Shown: positions 50,749 to 64,000 of the stretch, piece after piece
Numbering within the stretch: position 1 is the stretch's first letter
How the letters are laid out: every line of letters starts with the position of its first letter
Source: Mustelus asterias
Taxonomy: Eukaryota
Assembly (NCBI RefSeq): GCF_964213995.1
Contig: NC_135804.1
Coordinates: 69,998,001 to 70,062,000, forward strand
Length of the DNA: 64,000 nt
Direction: 5' to 3'
Position numbers and translations under genes: made by a program
Notes under the pieces: model-generated
Told to the model about the DNA's origin: nothing
The model's database searches: none
Seen by the model: only the letters and a program-made list of their open reading frames with translations

Positions 50749-53075
50749 TGTTATGGTTCAGGTCAGAAACCCCATCGTGTTCTCTGGAGCCCGTCTGGAT
50801 CATAAGTTTTGCATCTTGAATTTGGCAAGGATAAGCATGATATGTTTCACTTCAGGTATGATTCAAATGATCCACTATGGAGCTTTTCTCAAACAAAGTT
50901 TATTTAAGAATATAGTTAACATGAGTAGAAGGGGATTCTAATTAGCTCGGAGGATAACATAGGTTTAATTCCAGCAATACATGAGAGGGAAGAGTTAAAA
51001 TGATTTTTACTCAACATTGGATATTAATGTTATTTTAATCATATGTGAATGCATTTAATTGAAGTGAAATTATATATTATGCCTCTGTATGCAAAGCATC
51101 ATTATTCAACCGAGAAAACATCTTTTAAATAATCATAGAAATCATAGAAACCCTACAGTGCAGAAGGAGGCCATTCGGCCCATCGAGTCTGCACCGACCA
51201 CAATCCCACCCAGGCCCTACCCCCACATATTTACCCGCTAATCCCTCTAACTACGCATCTCAGGGACAATTTTAATCAACCTAACCCGCACATCTTTGGA
51301 CTGTGGGAGGAAACCGGAGCACCCGGAGGAACCCACGCAGACACGAGGAGAATATGCAAATTCCACACAGACAGTGACCCGAGCCGGGAATCGAACCCAG
51401 GACCCTGGAGCTGTGAAGCAGCAATATGTATTAATATGTATTAACAAATTTAATGTCTGTGAAATACAGAAAAGGCAGTTATGGAATTTGAATGTTCATA
51501 ATCTGCTGAACAAGTAATATAATGTTTCAATATAAAAACAAAAAATGCAACATTGAATTTGGAATATTTGATTATGTGTGATGTTATTAACTGATAATGA
51601 AAAGTTTTATGGAATGTAATAGTTTTAAACTTAATATTTTTAAATGAATCATGATTTTAAATGTGGAAGGTTTTATGTTTAAATTAAAAAGAATGTAGTA
51701 ATGTGATTTAAACATTTTTAAATCCGAGTCGAGAAATGCGAATTATGCAGGAAACTACAAATTCGGAAATTCACAACTTAGTTAGTAAAGAAATACAATG
51801 TTTCAAATTAGGTACAGTTAATGAAACACATTTGGCCAGTGTCGATCTTCAGGGCCCAAAATTGGCGCTGTTTATGCCTTGGCAACATGCCACCGATAAG
51901 ATGGGCCAGGAGTAGCATCCCTAGAAACAAAGCTTAAAGGAAATGGATTAATGCCAATTGGTAGAAATCCGGTATTGGAATAAATCAATCAATATGTCAC
52001 TAAATCAGGTGGCGTATCACAATTGGCTGAGGTATTCTGTTATATTAAGATTGACACATCAATAATGAAATAGAATCAAATTAAGCTAATTAAAGCTAAT
52101 TAAGCTTAGATAAGAGAAAGATATAATTGTATTGAATTTTGGCACAAAGATGAGATTTTTGGAAGGTTTACTGATACTCGGTGTTGCTTGGCAATCTGAG
52201 GATCTCCCTTCAGCCATTGTTTTATGTCCATGTCTGTCAATGTAAGTTCTATATGTTTTAATAAATCTTGGTAAGCTTTTAAACTGAAGGTTTTTGGCTT
52301 TGTGAGATTTAATTTTTAAAATATATTTTTCTGAGGAATCAAGCCACCATTCGAAAGATCCCCACTTCAACATGTATACTAAGAAAATTGCCAAGAACTC
52401 TTATCAATTACAAACAAGAAACAAAACAACTACTATAATGTATAACCTGTAACAAACATATCTAACATGTTCCAATCAAACCAACCCCGTAGACAAAAGA
52501 CCCTTTTCACAGGTTTAACACAGCAAAGATTAATGTTCATGAGACATTGGACTTGAGTCCTTTGGATGAAGTCTGCAGTTCTCTGGACTGACTCAGAACA
52601 GTTTGGAGTCAGAAGAGCTTCCCAAAGCACCAGGGGCTCTAGGCAGTCACCATCAGCAGATTCCCCCCATCAGAAAGGCAAGACCTTGCTTTCAGCTAAC
52701 CAGCAGAATTTCCAAGACCAGGGAGAGAGAGACTTCTTTTCAGTTTGCTGTCCCTTCTAAAAATTAAAAACTGCAGCTCCAAACTGAAAATGAAGAAGAC
52801 TCCTATCATCTGGCCTGCCAACCAGTTTCTCTCCTCACAATGCACAGACATAAACATCCCAGTAAAAATAAACAAACCCCTATTTAAGCAACAAGAAAAG
52901 GACATCTCCAGTCAAGCCAGCAACAAATGAAATCAACTGAGGTTGTGAGCCAAGAAAACACTGAAGCTGAGAGAGCTGCAGAGATCCTGATTTTAAAAAA
53001 ACCTCTCAAACGGTACGCTAATGTCACAAGATTAACACCTGCAACGCGTTTGCTCTTTATCTGGGGTGATGCGAC
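50749..53075 (-). mobile_element. Probable solo LTR interrupted by an AT-rich insert (~50925-52372)
   Basis: TGTTATGG start, minus-strand AATAAA, LTR-like sequence resuming at ~52380; ends uncertain. Confidence 0.35.
51131..51425 (-). mobile_element. HE1-type SINE
   Basis: Tail and body match. Confidence 0.8.
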
Positions 53076-53414
53076 AAGACAAAATTTCACTTATTCCAAA
53101 TTCCTCCAAACTATGCTTAAAATTTCCATATTTAACTGGTATTGTTGAGTACCCACAAATTCACAATTAAATCAAATATCACTTAAACAAGCAAGTTTCC
53201 AGGTAATTCAGCAACAAATCAACTGTCTGCTAAAATGGTTAACTTTTCGACAGAACTGAGGATTGGCGATTGGGTGGAGAAAACTCAACAAGCAATTGCA
53301 TCACCTTACATAATTTAAGTCTATTTTCATGTCATTTTGTTTGTCTATCCCTTTTCTTAAACCAATTTCAATTTCCAATATCTTTTACTTAATCAAAGTT
53401 GCAAGAAATAAACA

Positions 53415-54745
53415 CAGAATCATAGAAATCATGCAGCATAGAAGGGGGCCATTTGGCCCATCTTATCCATGCTGACCCAGATACCTGGGTGCACTTTCTA
53501 ATCCCATCTTTCTGCACAAGGCTAATAGTCCAACAACTTACCCCACTTAAGGTGCGGATTCAGGTACTTTTTAAATGAGCTTAGGATCTCTGCCTCCACC
53601 ACCAACTCAGGCAGTGAATTCCAGCCAGCCACCAGCCTCCGTGTAAAAAAACCTTTTTTCTCATGTCCCCTCTAATCCTTTTACCATTTAGCTCGAAACT
53701 ATGGCTTATAGTTGTTGAACTCTCTGCCAAGGGAAAGAGGTTTCTCCTATCTACTCTCTTCCTAGCCCTCAATCATGTCACCTCTCAGCCTTCCAAGGTT
53801 TGGGTTGTTTCAAAGGAAAACAACCCATGTCTCCAACATCACCTCACAGCTACAATTCTTCAGACCTGGCAATATTGTCATATATCTGCTCTGCACGCTC
53901 TTCAGAGCAATTACATCCTTCTTCTAATGTAGTGATCAAAACTGTTCACAATATTCCAGTTGTGGGCTAACTCTTGTCTTTTATAGTCTCATCATTATAT
54001 TTCTACTTTTGTACTCTATACCTCTACCAATTAAGGAGAGCATTCCATATGCCTTCTTCACAATCTTATCTACCTCCACAGTGGTTAGCACTTCTGTCCC
54101 ACAGCGCGAGGGACTCGAGTTCAATTCTGGCCTCAGGTCACTGTGGAGTTTACACATTCTCTCCGTGCCTGCATGGATTTCCTCTGGGTGATCAGTTTTT
54201 CTCGCACAATCCAAAGATGTGCAGAGTAGGTTGATTGGCTATGCTAAATTTCCCCTTAGTGTCAGGGGGGTTAGCAGGGTAAATACGTGGGGTTACAGAG
54301 ATAGGGCCTAGGTAGGATTGTTGTCAGTGCAGGCTCGGTGCGCTGAATGGCCTCCTTCTGCGCTGTAGGGATTCTATGATTCTATTCTATGATATCTGTA
54401 CTACCACCTTTAGGGACCTCTGCATGTGCACAGCAAGATCTCTCACTTCAGCTACCCCTCTCAGTATATTCCTGCTTATTGTGCATTCCCTTTTATTGTA
54501 TGACCTTACACTTATCAGAACTGAACTCCATCTGCCACTATCTTGCCTACTCTACTAATCTATCTAGATCATTTTGGAGCTTGCAGCTGTCCTCGACACT
54601 TTCCACTAAACGGCCGAGTTTTGTGTCTGCAAATTTCCCAATCATGCCCCTCCATGTTCAAGTCCAAATCATTAATATATAAAACAAACAGCGGTACCTC
54701 AACACCGAGTCCTGCATACCACCACTTGAAACAGCTTTCCATTCG
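53415..54745 (-). mobile_element. Degraded CR1 3' part with a nested HE1 SINE (+, 54078-54388)
   Basis: KKAYGMLSLIGRGIEYKS; SINE splits the element. Confidence 0.8.
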
Positions 54746-55425
54746 CATGTGTTGTTAAGTGAATTTTAACAAAAGTTTTTTATTTCAAATGTTTTGGAAA
54801 GTTCAAATTGAATTGCTGCCAAACTCAGGCTTATTTTATGATTTGGAAACAGACTGGCTTAACAATTCCTAAACATGTAGAGCTCAAACATAATCTTTTT
54901 GAATAATAACTCAGTTTGAATTTCTTTTAAATGGAATTTCACAACAGTTCAAATTAAATCAAATTGTGTTTCCTCTCCAAGCTAATGCGACAATTTTTCC
55001 CTCAGGACTAATTATGACAATAAACAGAAGTTAGGTGGAGTAATTGTAGATTGGGAGATAGGAAATTAGAATTTGGTATCTGTAAAATACTAAGGGGAAA
55101 TGCATTCTGTGGTCCCATTAAAAGATGGTGATTTGTCTAAGCTTAGAGATTTAAAATGCAAGTACAGAGAGAGCCCAAACTAAAACATTAGGATTGAAAG
55201 GCCAAGGAGCTGTTTTTACCAAGATGACAGGCTTTTGAATTTAGCCAATCAACTTTTTTCAGGCACGTAGATACCAAAAACCTATTAAATTTAAATCTGA
55301 TGGTTTTGGCAACCTAGAACCAATCCTATTGTGGGAAATATTGATATGACATCACTGGTATAAAATAAAGGGGCAGTGGGACAAAGAGGGTAGAGCAACA
55401 GCCAGCTGCCAGAGCTGATTACGAG

Positions 55426-56572
55426 AGTAAAGCGTTTGACAAAGTCCTTCATGGTAGGTTGGTGCAAAAGGTTGGATCTCATGGGATAAAGGGGGAGGTG
55501 GCTAGATGGGTGGAGAACTGGCTTGGTCACAGAAGACAGAGGGTGGTAGTGGAAGGGTCTTTTTCCGGCTGGAGGCCTGTGACTAGTGGTGTTCCGCAGG
55601 GCTCTGTATTGAGACCTCTGCTGTTTGTGGTTTATATAAACGATCTGGAAGAAGGTGTAACTGGGGTGATCAGTAAGTTTGCAGACGACACGAAAATGGT
55701 TGGACTTGCAGATAGTGAGGAACATTGTCAGAGGCTACAGAAGGATATAGATAGCCTGGAAATTTGGGCAAAGAAATGGCAGATGGAGTTCAATCCAGAT
55801 AAATGCGAAGTGATGCATTTTGGTAGAACTAACGTAGGGGGGAGCTATACAATAAATGGCAGAACCCTAAAGGGTGTAGATACGCAGAGGGACCTGGGTG
55901 TGCAAGTCCACAGATCCTTGAAGGTGACGTCACAGGTGGAGAAGGTGGTGAATAAGGCATATGGCATGCTTGCCTTTATAGGACGGGACATAGAGTATAA
56001 AAGTTGGGGTCTGATGTTGCGGTTGTATAGAACGTTGGTTCGGCCGCATTTGGAATATTGCGCCCAGTTCTGGTCGCCACACTACCAGAAGGACGTGGAG
56101 GCTTGAAAGAGAGTGCAGAGGAGGTTTACCAGGATGTTGCCTGGTATGGAAGGGCTTAGTTATGAGGAGAGATTGGGTAAACTGGGGTTGTTCTGACTGG
56201 AAAGACGGAGGATGAGGGGTGACCTAATAGAGGTGTATAAAATTATGAAAGGCATAGATAGGGTGAACGGTGGGAAGCTTCTTCCCAGATCGGTGGTGAC
56301 GTTCACGAGGGGTCATAGGTTCAAGGTGAGGGGGGGAGGTTTAACACGAATATCAGAAGGACATATTTTACACAGAGGGTGGTGGGGGCCTGGAATGCGC
56401 TGCTGGGCAAGGTGGTGGAGGCGGACACACTGGGAACGTTGAAGACTTATCTAGATAGCCACATGAACGGGATGATATGGAGTGGGATAGCTTGATCTTG
56501 GTTTCAGATAAAGCTCGGCACAACATCGTGGGCTGAAGGGCCTGTTCTGTGCTGTATTGTTCTTTGTTCTTT
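55426..56572 (+). mobile_element. CR1 3' fragment with chimeric 3' UTR
   Basis: Body matches the 48248 family; 56470-56550 matches the UTR of the 24027 family. Confidence 0.9.
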
Positions 56573-56705
56573 ATCCATAGCTCATTGATCTAGATTTTCA
56601 CATTCTATACTCATGCTACTTGTATATAACAGTGTACATACCATTTTAATCTTAAATAAACATTTTTATTTTAAACTCGCGATAAAGCATCCATGATAAT
56701 ATTTT

Positions 56706-57053
56706 CATAGAAATCATAGAAACCCTACAGTACAGAAAGACGCCATTCAGCCCATCGAGTCTGCACCGACCACAATCCCACCCAGGCCCTACCCCCATTT
56801 CCCTACATATTTCTACCTGCTAATCCCTCTAATCTACGCATCCCAGGACGATAAGGGGCAATTTTAACCTGGCCAATCAACCTAACCTGCACATCTTTGG
56901 ACTGTGGGAGGAAACCGAAGCACCCGGAGGAAACTCACGCAGACACGAGGAGAATGTGCAAACTCCACACAGACAGTGACCCAAGCCGGGAATCGAACCC
57001 AGGTCCCTGGAGCTGTGAAGCAGCAGTGCTAACCACTGTGCTACCGTGCTGCC
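56706..57053 (-). mobile_element. HE1-type SINE inside the Gypsy RNase H end
   Basis: Splits HVVGH/ENIIMDALSR. Confidence 0.85.
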
Positions 57054-58370
57054 ATGACCCACAACATGTACAATCTGTAAACTAAATGCTTGTAACATGA
57101 GCTGCCAACAAAATAATCTGGTGCTCTTGTCCTGAAATCTTTCCAGAAATGTCAAAGGATTGTGATCGGTATACACAATTGTCTCTGATGTATTGTTTGC
57201 AGTGTAAACATTGAAATGTTTCAAGTCCAATAGCCAACTCAATAAATCTTTTTCATTGTATGAATATTTTTTCTATTTTTTTAATGACAAATAGCGATTG
57301 GTCTTTCAATTGCACAATCATCCTCCTGTAACAACATAGCTCCAACACCTACATCGCTTGTGTCGACAGTGACTTTGAAGGGTTCCAAAAAGTTTGGCAT
57401 GGCTAAAACAGATACAGTGGTTAACATTGCTTTTAAATTCTCAAATGCCACCTGGCATTGTTCTTTCCACCGAAATTGTGTTTTTTTAAACAAATCTGTC
57501 AACAGTGCCACTATGCCACTAAAGTTTGGTACAAATTTCCTGTAGAATCCAATCAATCCCAAAAATCATAGTAATTCCTTCAAGTATGGTCTTGGAAATT
57601 CCTCGAGGATCTTTGTCTTCATGTTTCTTGGTGTCATTCGTCCATATCAAATATTGTGCCCTAAAAATGTCACTTCTGCCTTCGCAAATTCTGTTTTTGC
57701 CAAGTTTATGACCAACTTTGCTTTCTGTAGTCGCTCAAAGAGCTCTGCCCAATGCTCCATGTGATCTTTCCACGAATGGCTAAAGATCACTAAGTCATCA
57801 ATGTAGGCATCGCAATTAGTCAATCCTGCAACAACTCTCTTCATAAGCCTTTGAAAAGTAGTGGCCGCATTTTTCATTCCAAGGGTCATTACTTTTTATT
57901 GACATTGCCCATTTGGGGTTACAAAACTAGGAACTTCTTTTGCCCTCTCTGACAAAGTAAGTCCAACTTTGTGATGTAAGTGGTTTGTCCTACTTTTTCC
58001 GCACAATCCTCCAGCCTTGGAATTGGAAATGAGTCAGATTTAGCCACAGTGTTGGCCTTCCGATAATCTCTGCGGAATCATTGCTTACCATCAGGTACCA
58101 ACATGATCGGCGACCTCCACTCGCTTTGACCTGGCTCTATGATGTTTTCTTGGAGCATCACTTCCACCTCGTGTACCATGCTATGCCTTAGTCCTCCCCA
58201 TTCTATTTCCACATAGGTCCTCATAGCACTGTAACAAGTCTTTCAATTCAGTTCTCTGTTCCTGGGACACATAGCTCACTACCCTATTCCAGTCCTTAAA
58301 GACTTCATTATTCAATTTATTCTGAAACACATCAAAATCCAAATCCTCTGGATTTGATTCCTCACTCTGA

Positions 58371-59050
58371 GGGCCCGATCATACCAAAATTTCGCGCCCG
58401 TTTTCAGGTGCGAAATCGTGGTAAAGTTGGGCGTCGGGCCTAAAACGCGATCCAGATCCGACCCAAGGCCAATCGTGCCTTTACCAACGGACCGATCCGG
58501 GCGCCGATCCGGCACGCGCCCGAAGCGGCCAGCGGGCTGATTTAAATGCATTTGCATGCATTTAAATCGGCATAATGAAGCCCGCGCCGAACTTACCCAA
58601 GGATTCCCACTTTACGAGGCTGTGATCCGATCCCTGGGGAGCGGGGGGTGGGGGGGGGGGCGGCGGGGGGCAGAGGGGGGGGGGCAGAGACGGCACATTG
58701 CCCCCCACCCCCCCCCCCCCCCCCCCCTCAGGGAAGAGTCATCACATCCCCCCCCCTCAGGGAAGAAACGTCTGATCCCCCCCTACCCCGCCCTCAGGGA
58801 AGAGATGTCACATCCTCCCCCTACCTCCCCCCTACCCCCCTCAGGGAAGAGACGTCACATCCCCCCCCCCCCACTCAGGGAATAGATGTCAGATCCCCCC
58901 CCATTCCCCCCTCCAGGGAAGAGACATCACATCCCCCCGCGCCCCACCCCCCTCCCCCAACCAGGGAAAGTCAAAGGCAGCGCAGACAGCAGTGCTGTCA
59001 GCGCTGCCTTTGACTTTCACGCTCAGGCGCGCTGAGTGCTGTCGGCCCCA
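58371..59050. mobile_element. GC-rich non-autonomous element with C-rich minisatellite
   Basis: Interrupts Gypsy pol; about 6 units of CCCTCAGGGAAGAGA(C/T)GTCACATCCCCC at 58725-58965. Confidence 0.55.
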
Positions 59051-60327
59051 AACGATCCATGATCTCCTTAAATAATTTGGCAGTAAAATTGGACCATTGG
59101 TCTGACTGAATCCCCCTGGGTAATCCATAATGGGTAAAGAAAGTGAGCAACTCCTCCACAACTATTTTTGCCTTGACATTCCATAATGGAATTGCTTCTG
59201 GAAATCTGGTAGACCCATCAATTATGGTGAGTAAATACTTTTGGTTTTAGGTAGAGGACCTATACAATCAATTATAACCCATGTAAAGTGTTCTTCAAAT
59301 GCAGGAATTGGCATCAGAGGTGCTGGTTTTATCACTGCCTATGGCTTTCCTTCCATCTGACATGTATGACAGGTATGTCAAAATTCAACCACACCTTTAT
59401 GTAACCCAGGCCAATAAAAATGCTTCAGTATCTTAGCCGGAGTCTTCCTCACTCCTAGAGATCTCCTACCAGGTAATTGGTGTGCTCCCCGCAATACTCC
59501 CTGTCTGTATTCTACCGGCAACACAATCTGGTGAATTTCTGCTCATTTCTCATCTGCAGTAAACCGCCAAGGTCTCCACTTCCGCCTTAAAATTTTATCC
59601 TTAAGGCATTCTGGAATACATTCTGGAATAGCGTTCTGGAATACACTCTGATTCCTTTTCCAAGTTGGCTTTATGATACAAATCCTTTATCATCTCATCT
59701 TTTCATTGTAACTCCATTAATCTTTCAGAACTAAACACTCTGCCTGATCTTCTACCTGCTTAGGCTTTTCCTTTACCATCTTATCAAACAGAGTGTCAGC
59801 TAACTGGACCTCAACTCCCTCATCTTTCTTCTTTTGTTTTCCCTTCTGTTTTAATTTATGGCTGAGGGATTTTGTCACCACATGGTCTGGAAAAATTCCA
59901 GAGTATTTTTCTTTTAACTCAGTTCCCTGTTTTTCTTTTGGCTTTTCCACTACAATGGGTATCACTCGTGATCCAGCTATATCGTTTCCTAGAATAAACT
60001 GTATTCCTGGAATAGCCAAGTTTTCTATCACTGACTCTCACTTCCCCAGTCTTGATTGGCCTTTCTAGCCTTATCTTACACAGGAGAATATTACTCTTCT
60101 CTATTTATTGCACAGATTACCACTCTCTCAGACAATATTTCAGAAGGAGTGCAAATATTTTCATCTCTTACTATTAGAGACAGACTAGCTCCCATATCTC
60201 TCAATGTTTTAACTTCTTCACCTACTCTCTCTGTTCTACCTGAGTAAATCTTACCCACACAGGCGAAGTCTTTGAAAAGATTGGGCGTTATCTTACCATC
60301 CAGCCTATGTCTAGGCTATGCACTCTC

Positions 60328-60986
60328 CATAGAACCATAGAACCATAGAAAATTACAGCTCAGAAACAGGCCTTTTGGCCCTTCTTGTCTGTGCCGAACC
60401 ATTTTATGCCCAGTCCCACTGACCTGCACTTGGACCATATCCCTCCACACCCCTCTCATCCATGAACCCGTCCAAGTTTTTCTTAAATGTTAAAAGCATT
60501 TACCACTTTATCTGGCAGCTCATTCCACACTCCCACCACTCTCTGCGTGAAGAAGCCCCCCCTAATATTCCCTTTAAACTTTTCTCCTTTCACCCTTAAC
60601 CCATGCCCTCTGGTTTTTTTCTCCCCTAGCCTCAGCGGAAAAAGCCTGCTTGCATTCACTCTATCTATACCCATCAAAATCTTATACACCTCTATCAAAT
60701 CTCCCCTCAATCTTCTACGCTCCAGGGAATAAAGTCCCAACCTATTCAATCTCTCTCTGTAACTCAGCTTCTCAAGTCCCGGCAACATCCTTGTGAACCT
60801 TCTCTGCACTCTTTCAATCTTATTTACATCCTTCCTGTAACTAGGTGACCAAAACTGTACACAATACTCCAAATTCGGCCTCATCAATGCCTTACATAAC
60901 CTTACCATAACACTCCAACTTTTATACTCGATACTCCGATTTATAAAGGCCAATGTACCAAAGGCACTCTTTACGACCCTATCCAC
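60328..60986 (-). mobile_element. CR1 3' fragment in Gypsy gag
   Basis: ORF 60483-60986; CATAGAAC repeats at the tail; CTCTCC on both flanks. Confidence 0.9.
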
Positions 60987-62004
60987 CTCTCCTTCAGCTC
61001 CACGGCCTCTCTCAGGATTTCCTTCAGTGCCGTAACTAATCCCACTGGTTGAGCCTCCTTTACCACATCCTTTTCCCCAGTGCCTTTCTTAAGCCACCAG
61101 CACTGAGACTGTGTGTGTCCCACCTTATTACAGTGCAACACCTAAGGTCTTTCACCTCTTTTCCACCCCCTTGGGTTTCTTTTTTCACATGTGGCAAACT
61201 GTTCCCAGTGTGATCTACATTTTGTTTTTCATTGAAGGATCTCCCTCGTTCATTCCCAATTTCTATCCTTCATGGAATGAGATTGCTGTCAGAAGCTAGT
61301 TTTCCATTTGTGCACTAATGTGTATTCTTCTGCCATCGCTGCAGCTTTTCTCGTTGTTTTAACTTTCTGTTCCTCAACATGAGTTCTTATCACTTTTGGA
61401 AGTGAGTTTTTAAACTCCTCCAGCAGAATAATATCTCAAAGATATCTCATATTTCTTTTCTTTTTTTAATGCTCTCACCCATCTATTGAAGTTGCTCTGT
61501 TTAATTCTTTCAAACTCGATACAAGTCTAACCGGGTTCCTTTCTTGCATTTCTGAGCCTTTGTCTATATGCTTCTGGTACCAATTTGTAGGCACTCATTG
61601 CCTTTTTTACTTCTTCGTATTCTCCAGACACCTCCTCTGACAGTGCTGCAAACACCTCCATAGCCCTGCCTACCAATGTGGTCTCAATTAAGATTCTTCA
61701 TACTTCCTCTGGTCAGTTCATCTGCGTAGCCAATTTCTCAAAGGAAATGAAAAAGGCTTTGCATCTTTTTAAAAAATTAATTTTGGTAATGTTTGGACAT
61801 ATTTGTACATATCCCTATCAGGTGGTTGGCTACAATGAGGTTGCTCATCAGCATTTCTATCATTTGAAATCTTTTTGCTTCAAGTTCCAACTTCATATTT
61901 TCCAACTCTAACATTCTTTCCCATTCTTCATCTTCTGACTCCAGTCCTTTAAGTTCACTTTCTAACTCCAATTGTCTCATTTGCAATTTAATTTTTTCCA
62001 ACTC

Positions 62005-62164
62005 TGTTGTAGGTAAAAAATACCTCTGAGACTAGTCGTAGGTCAAAGTACAGTGGTTTATTTGCACAATTGTGGGAGACGTCCGATGCCTAACACTGCC
62101 TCAGACTTCTCACCGAATATGAGTTAAGATCAAATATTTATACAATTGTTTTCGCCCCTGGTTA
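62005..62164 (-). mobile_element. Probable LTR end inserted in Gypsy gag, cut by CR1
   Basis: Starts TGTTGTAGGTAAAAAA, similar to the ERV LTR terminus; minus-strand AATAAA. Confidence 0.4.
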
Positions 62165-64000
62165 CAAAGAACAAAGAACAATACAGCACAGGAACAGGCC
62201 CTTTGCCCCTCCAAGCCCATGCCACTCCCTGGTCCAAACTAGACCATTCTTTTGTATCCCTCCATTCCCACTCCGTTCATATGGCTATCTAGATAAGTCC
62301 TAAACATTCCCAGTGTGTCCGCCTCCACCACCTTGCCTGGCAGCGCATTCCAGGCCCCCACCACCCTCTGTGTAAAATACGTCCTTCTGATATCTGTGTT
62401 AAACCTCCCCCCCTTCACCTTGAACCTATGACCCCTCGTGAACGTCACCACCGACCTGGGGAAAAGCTTCCCACCGTTCACCCTATCTATGCCTTTCATA
62501 ATTTTATACACCTCTATTAAGTCTCCCCTCATCCTCCGTCTTTCCAGGGAGAACAAACCCAGTTTGCCCAATCTCTCCTCATAACTAAGCCCGTCCATAC
62601 CAGGCAACATCCTGGTAAACCTCCTCTGTACTTTCTCCAAAGCCTCCACATCCTTCTGGTAGTGTGGCGACCAGAACTGGACGCAGTATTCCAAATGCAG
62701 CCGAACCAACGCTCGATACATCTGCAACATCAGACCCCAACTTTTATACTCTATGCCCCGTCCTATAAAGGCAAGCCATATGCCTTCTTCACCACCTTCT
62801 CCACCTGTGACGTCACCTTTAAGGATCTGTGGACTTGCACACCCAGGTCCCTCTGCGTATCTACACCCTTTATGGTTCTGCCATTTATCGTATCGCTCCT
62901 CCCTACATTATTTCTACCAAAATGCACCACTTCGCATTTATCAGGATTGAACTCCATCTGCCATTTCTTTGCCCAAATTTCCAGCCTATCTATATCCTTC
63001 TGTAGCCTCTGACAATGCTCCCCACTATCTGCAAGTCCTGCCAATTTTGTGTCGTCCGCAAACTTACTGATCACCCCAGTTACACCTTCTTCCAGATCAT
63101 TTATATAAATCACAAACAGCAGAGGTCCCAATACAGAGCCCTGCGGAACACCACTAGTCACAGGCCTCCAGCCGGAAAAAGACCCTTCCACTACCACCCT
63201 CTGTCTTCTGTGACCAAGCCAGTTCTCCACCCATCTAGCCACCTCCCCCTTTATCCCATGAGATCCAACCTTTTTCACCAGCCTACCATGAGAGACTTTG
63301 TCAAACGCTTTACTAAAGTCCATATAGACGACATCCACGGCCCTTCCCTCGTCAACCATTCTAGTCACTTCAGAAAACTCCACCAGGTTAGTGAGGCATG
63401 ACCTCCCTCTCACAAAACCATGCTGACTATCGTTAATGAGTTTATTCCTTTCTAAATGCGCATACATCCTATCTCTAAGAATCTTCTCCAACAACTTCCC
63501 CACGACGGACGTCAAGCTCACCGACCTATAATTACCCGGGTTATCCTTCCTACCCTTCTTAAATAATGGGACCACATTAACTATCCTCCAATCCTCTGGG
63601 ACCTCACCTGTGTCCAGTGACGAGACAAAGATTTGCATCAGAGGCCCAGCGATTTCATCTCTCGTCTCCCTGAGCAGCCTTGGATAGATTCCATCAGGCC
63701 CTGGGGACTTGTCAGTCTTTATATTCTCTAACAAACCTAACACTTCCTCCCTTGTAATGGAGATTTTCTCCAACAGTTCAACACTCCCCTCCGAGACACT
63801 CCCAGTCAACACATCCCTCTCCTTTGTGAATACCGATGCAAAGTATTCATTTAGGATCTCCCCTACTTCTTTGGGCTCCAAGCATAATTCCACACTTTTG
63901 TCCCTGAGAGGTCCGATTTTTTTCCCTGACAACCCTTTTGTTCCTAACGTATGAATAAAATGCCTTGGGATTCTCCTTAATCCTGTCTGCCAAGGACATT
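62165..64000 (-). mobile_element. Young CR1 ORF2, continues beyond the window
   Basis: ORFs 62763-63932 and 62239-62730. Confidence 0.95.

Larger units (their letters stand above)
56670..62004 (-). mobile_element. Decayed Gmr1-like Ty3/Gypsy element (gag-PR-IN-RT-RH)
   Basis: gag AYKLVPEAYRQR (~61570), FILGNDIAG (~59990), IN HFYWPG..CHTCQ and RFPEAIP (59100-59430), RT FQRLM/AYIDD (~57800), RH VDTSDVGVG, YTDHNPL, DALSR. Confidence 0.85.

Overview
Repeat-dense eukaryotic window, almost certainly from a cartilaginous fish (HE1-type and Deu-domain SINEs, many CR1 LINEs). No intact host gene is visible. Main contents: (1) a full-length endogenous retrovirus at 6956-16074 (LTR-PBS(Ser)-gag-pro/pol-env-LTR) with class III/snakehead-retrovirus-like RT motifs, a gag-pol junction that is an in-frame UGA-CGG, and an integrase split by an antisense LTR of a related subfamily with a perfect 5-bp TSD. 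(2) Decayed germline-joined VJ-type IgSF (NKp30/NCR3-like) receptor genes at ~3.5 kb, 17-20 kb and 28.5-29.2 kb, each hit by or next to Tx1 LINE insertions. (3) A Penelope-like element plus three short fold-back derivatives carrying minimal hammerhead ribozyme motifs. (4) A decayed Gmr1-like Gypsy element (integrase before RT). (5) Many CR1, L2, Rex1 and Tx1 LINE fragments, SINEs, solo LTRs and Harbinger-like pieces, often nested. All calls are by eye; no alignments or database searches were run, and boundaries of old repeats are approximate.
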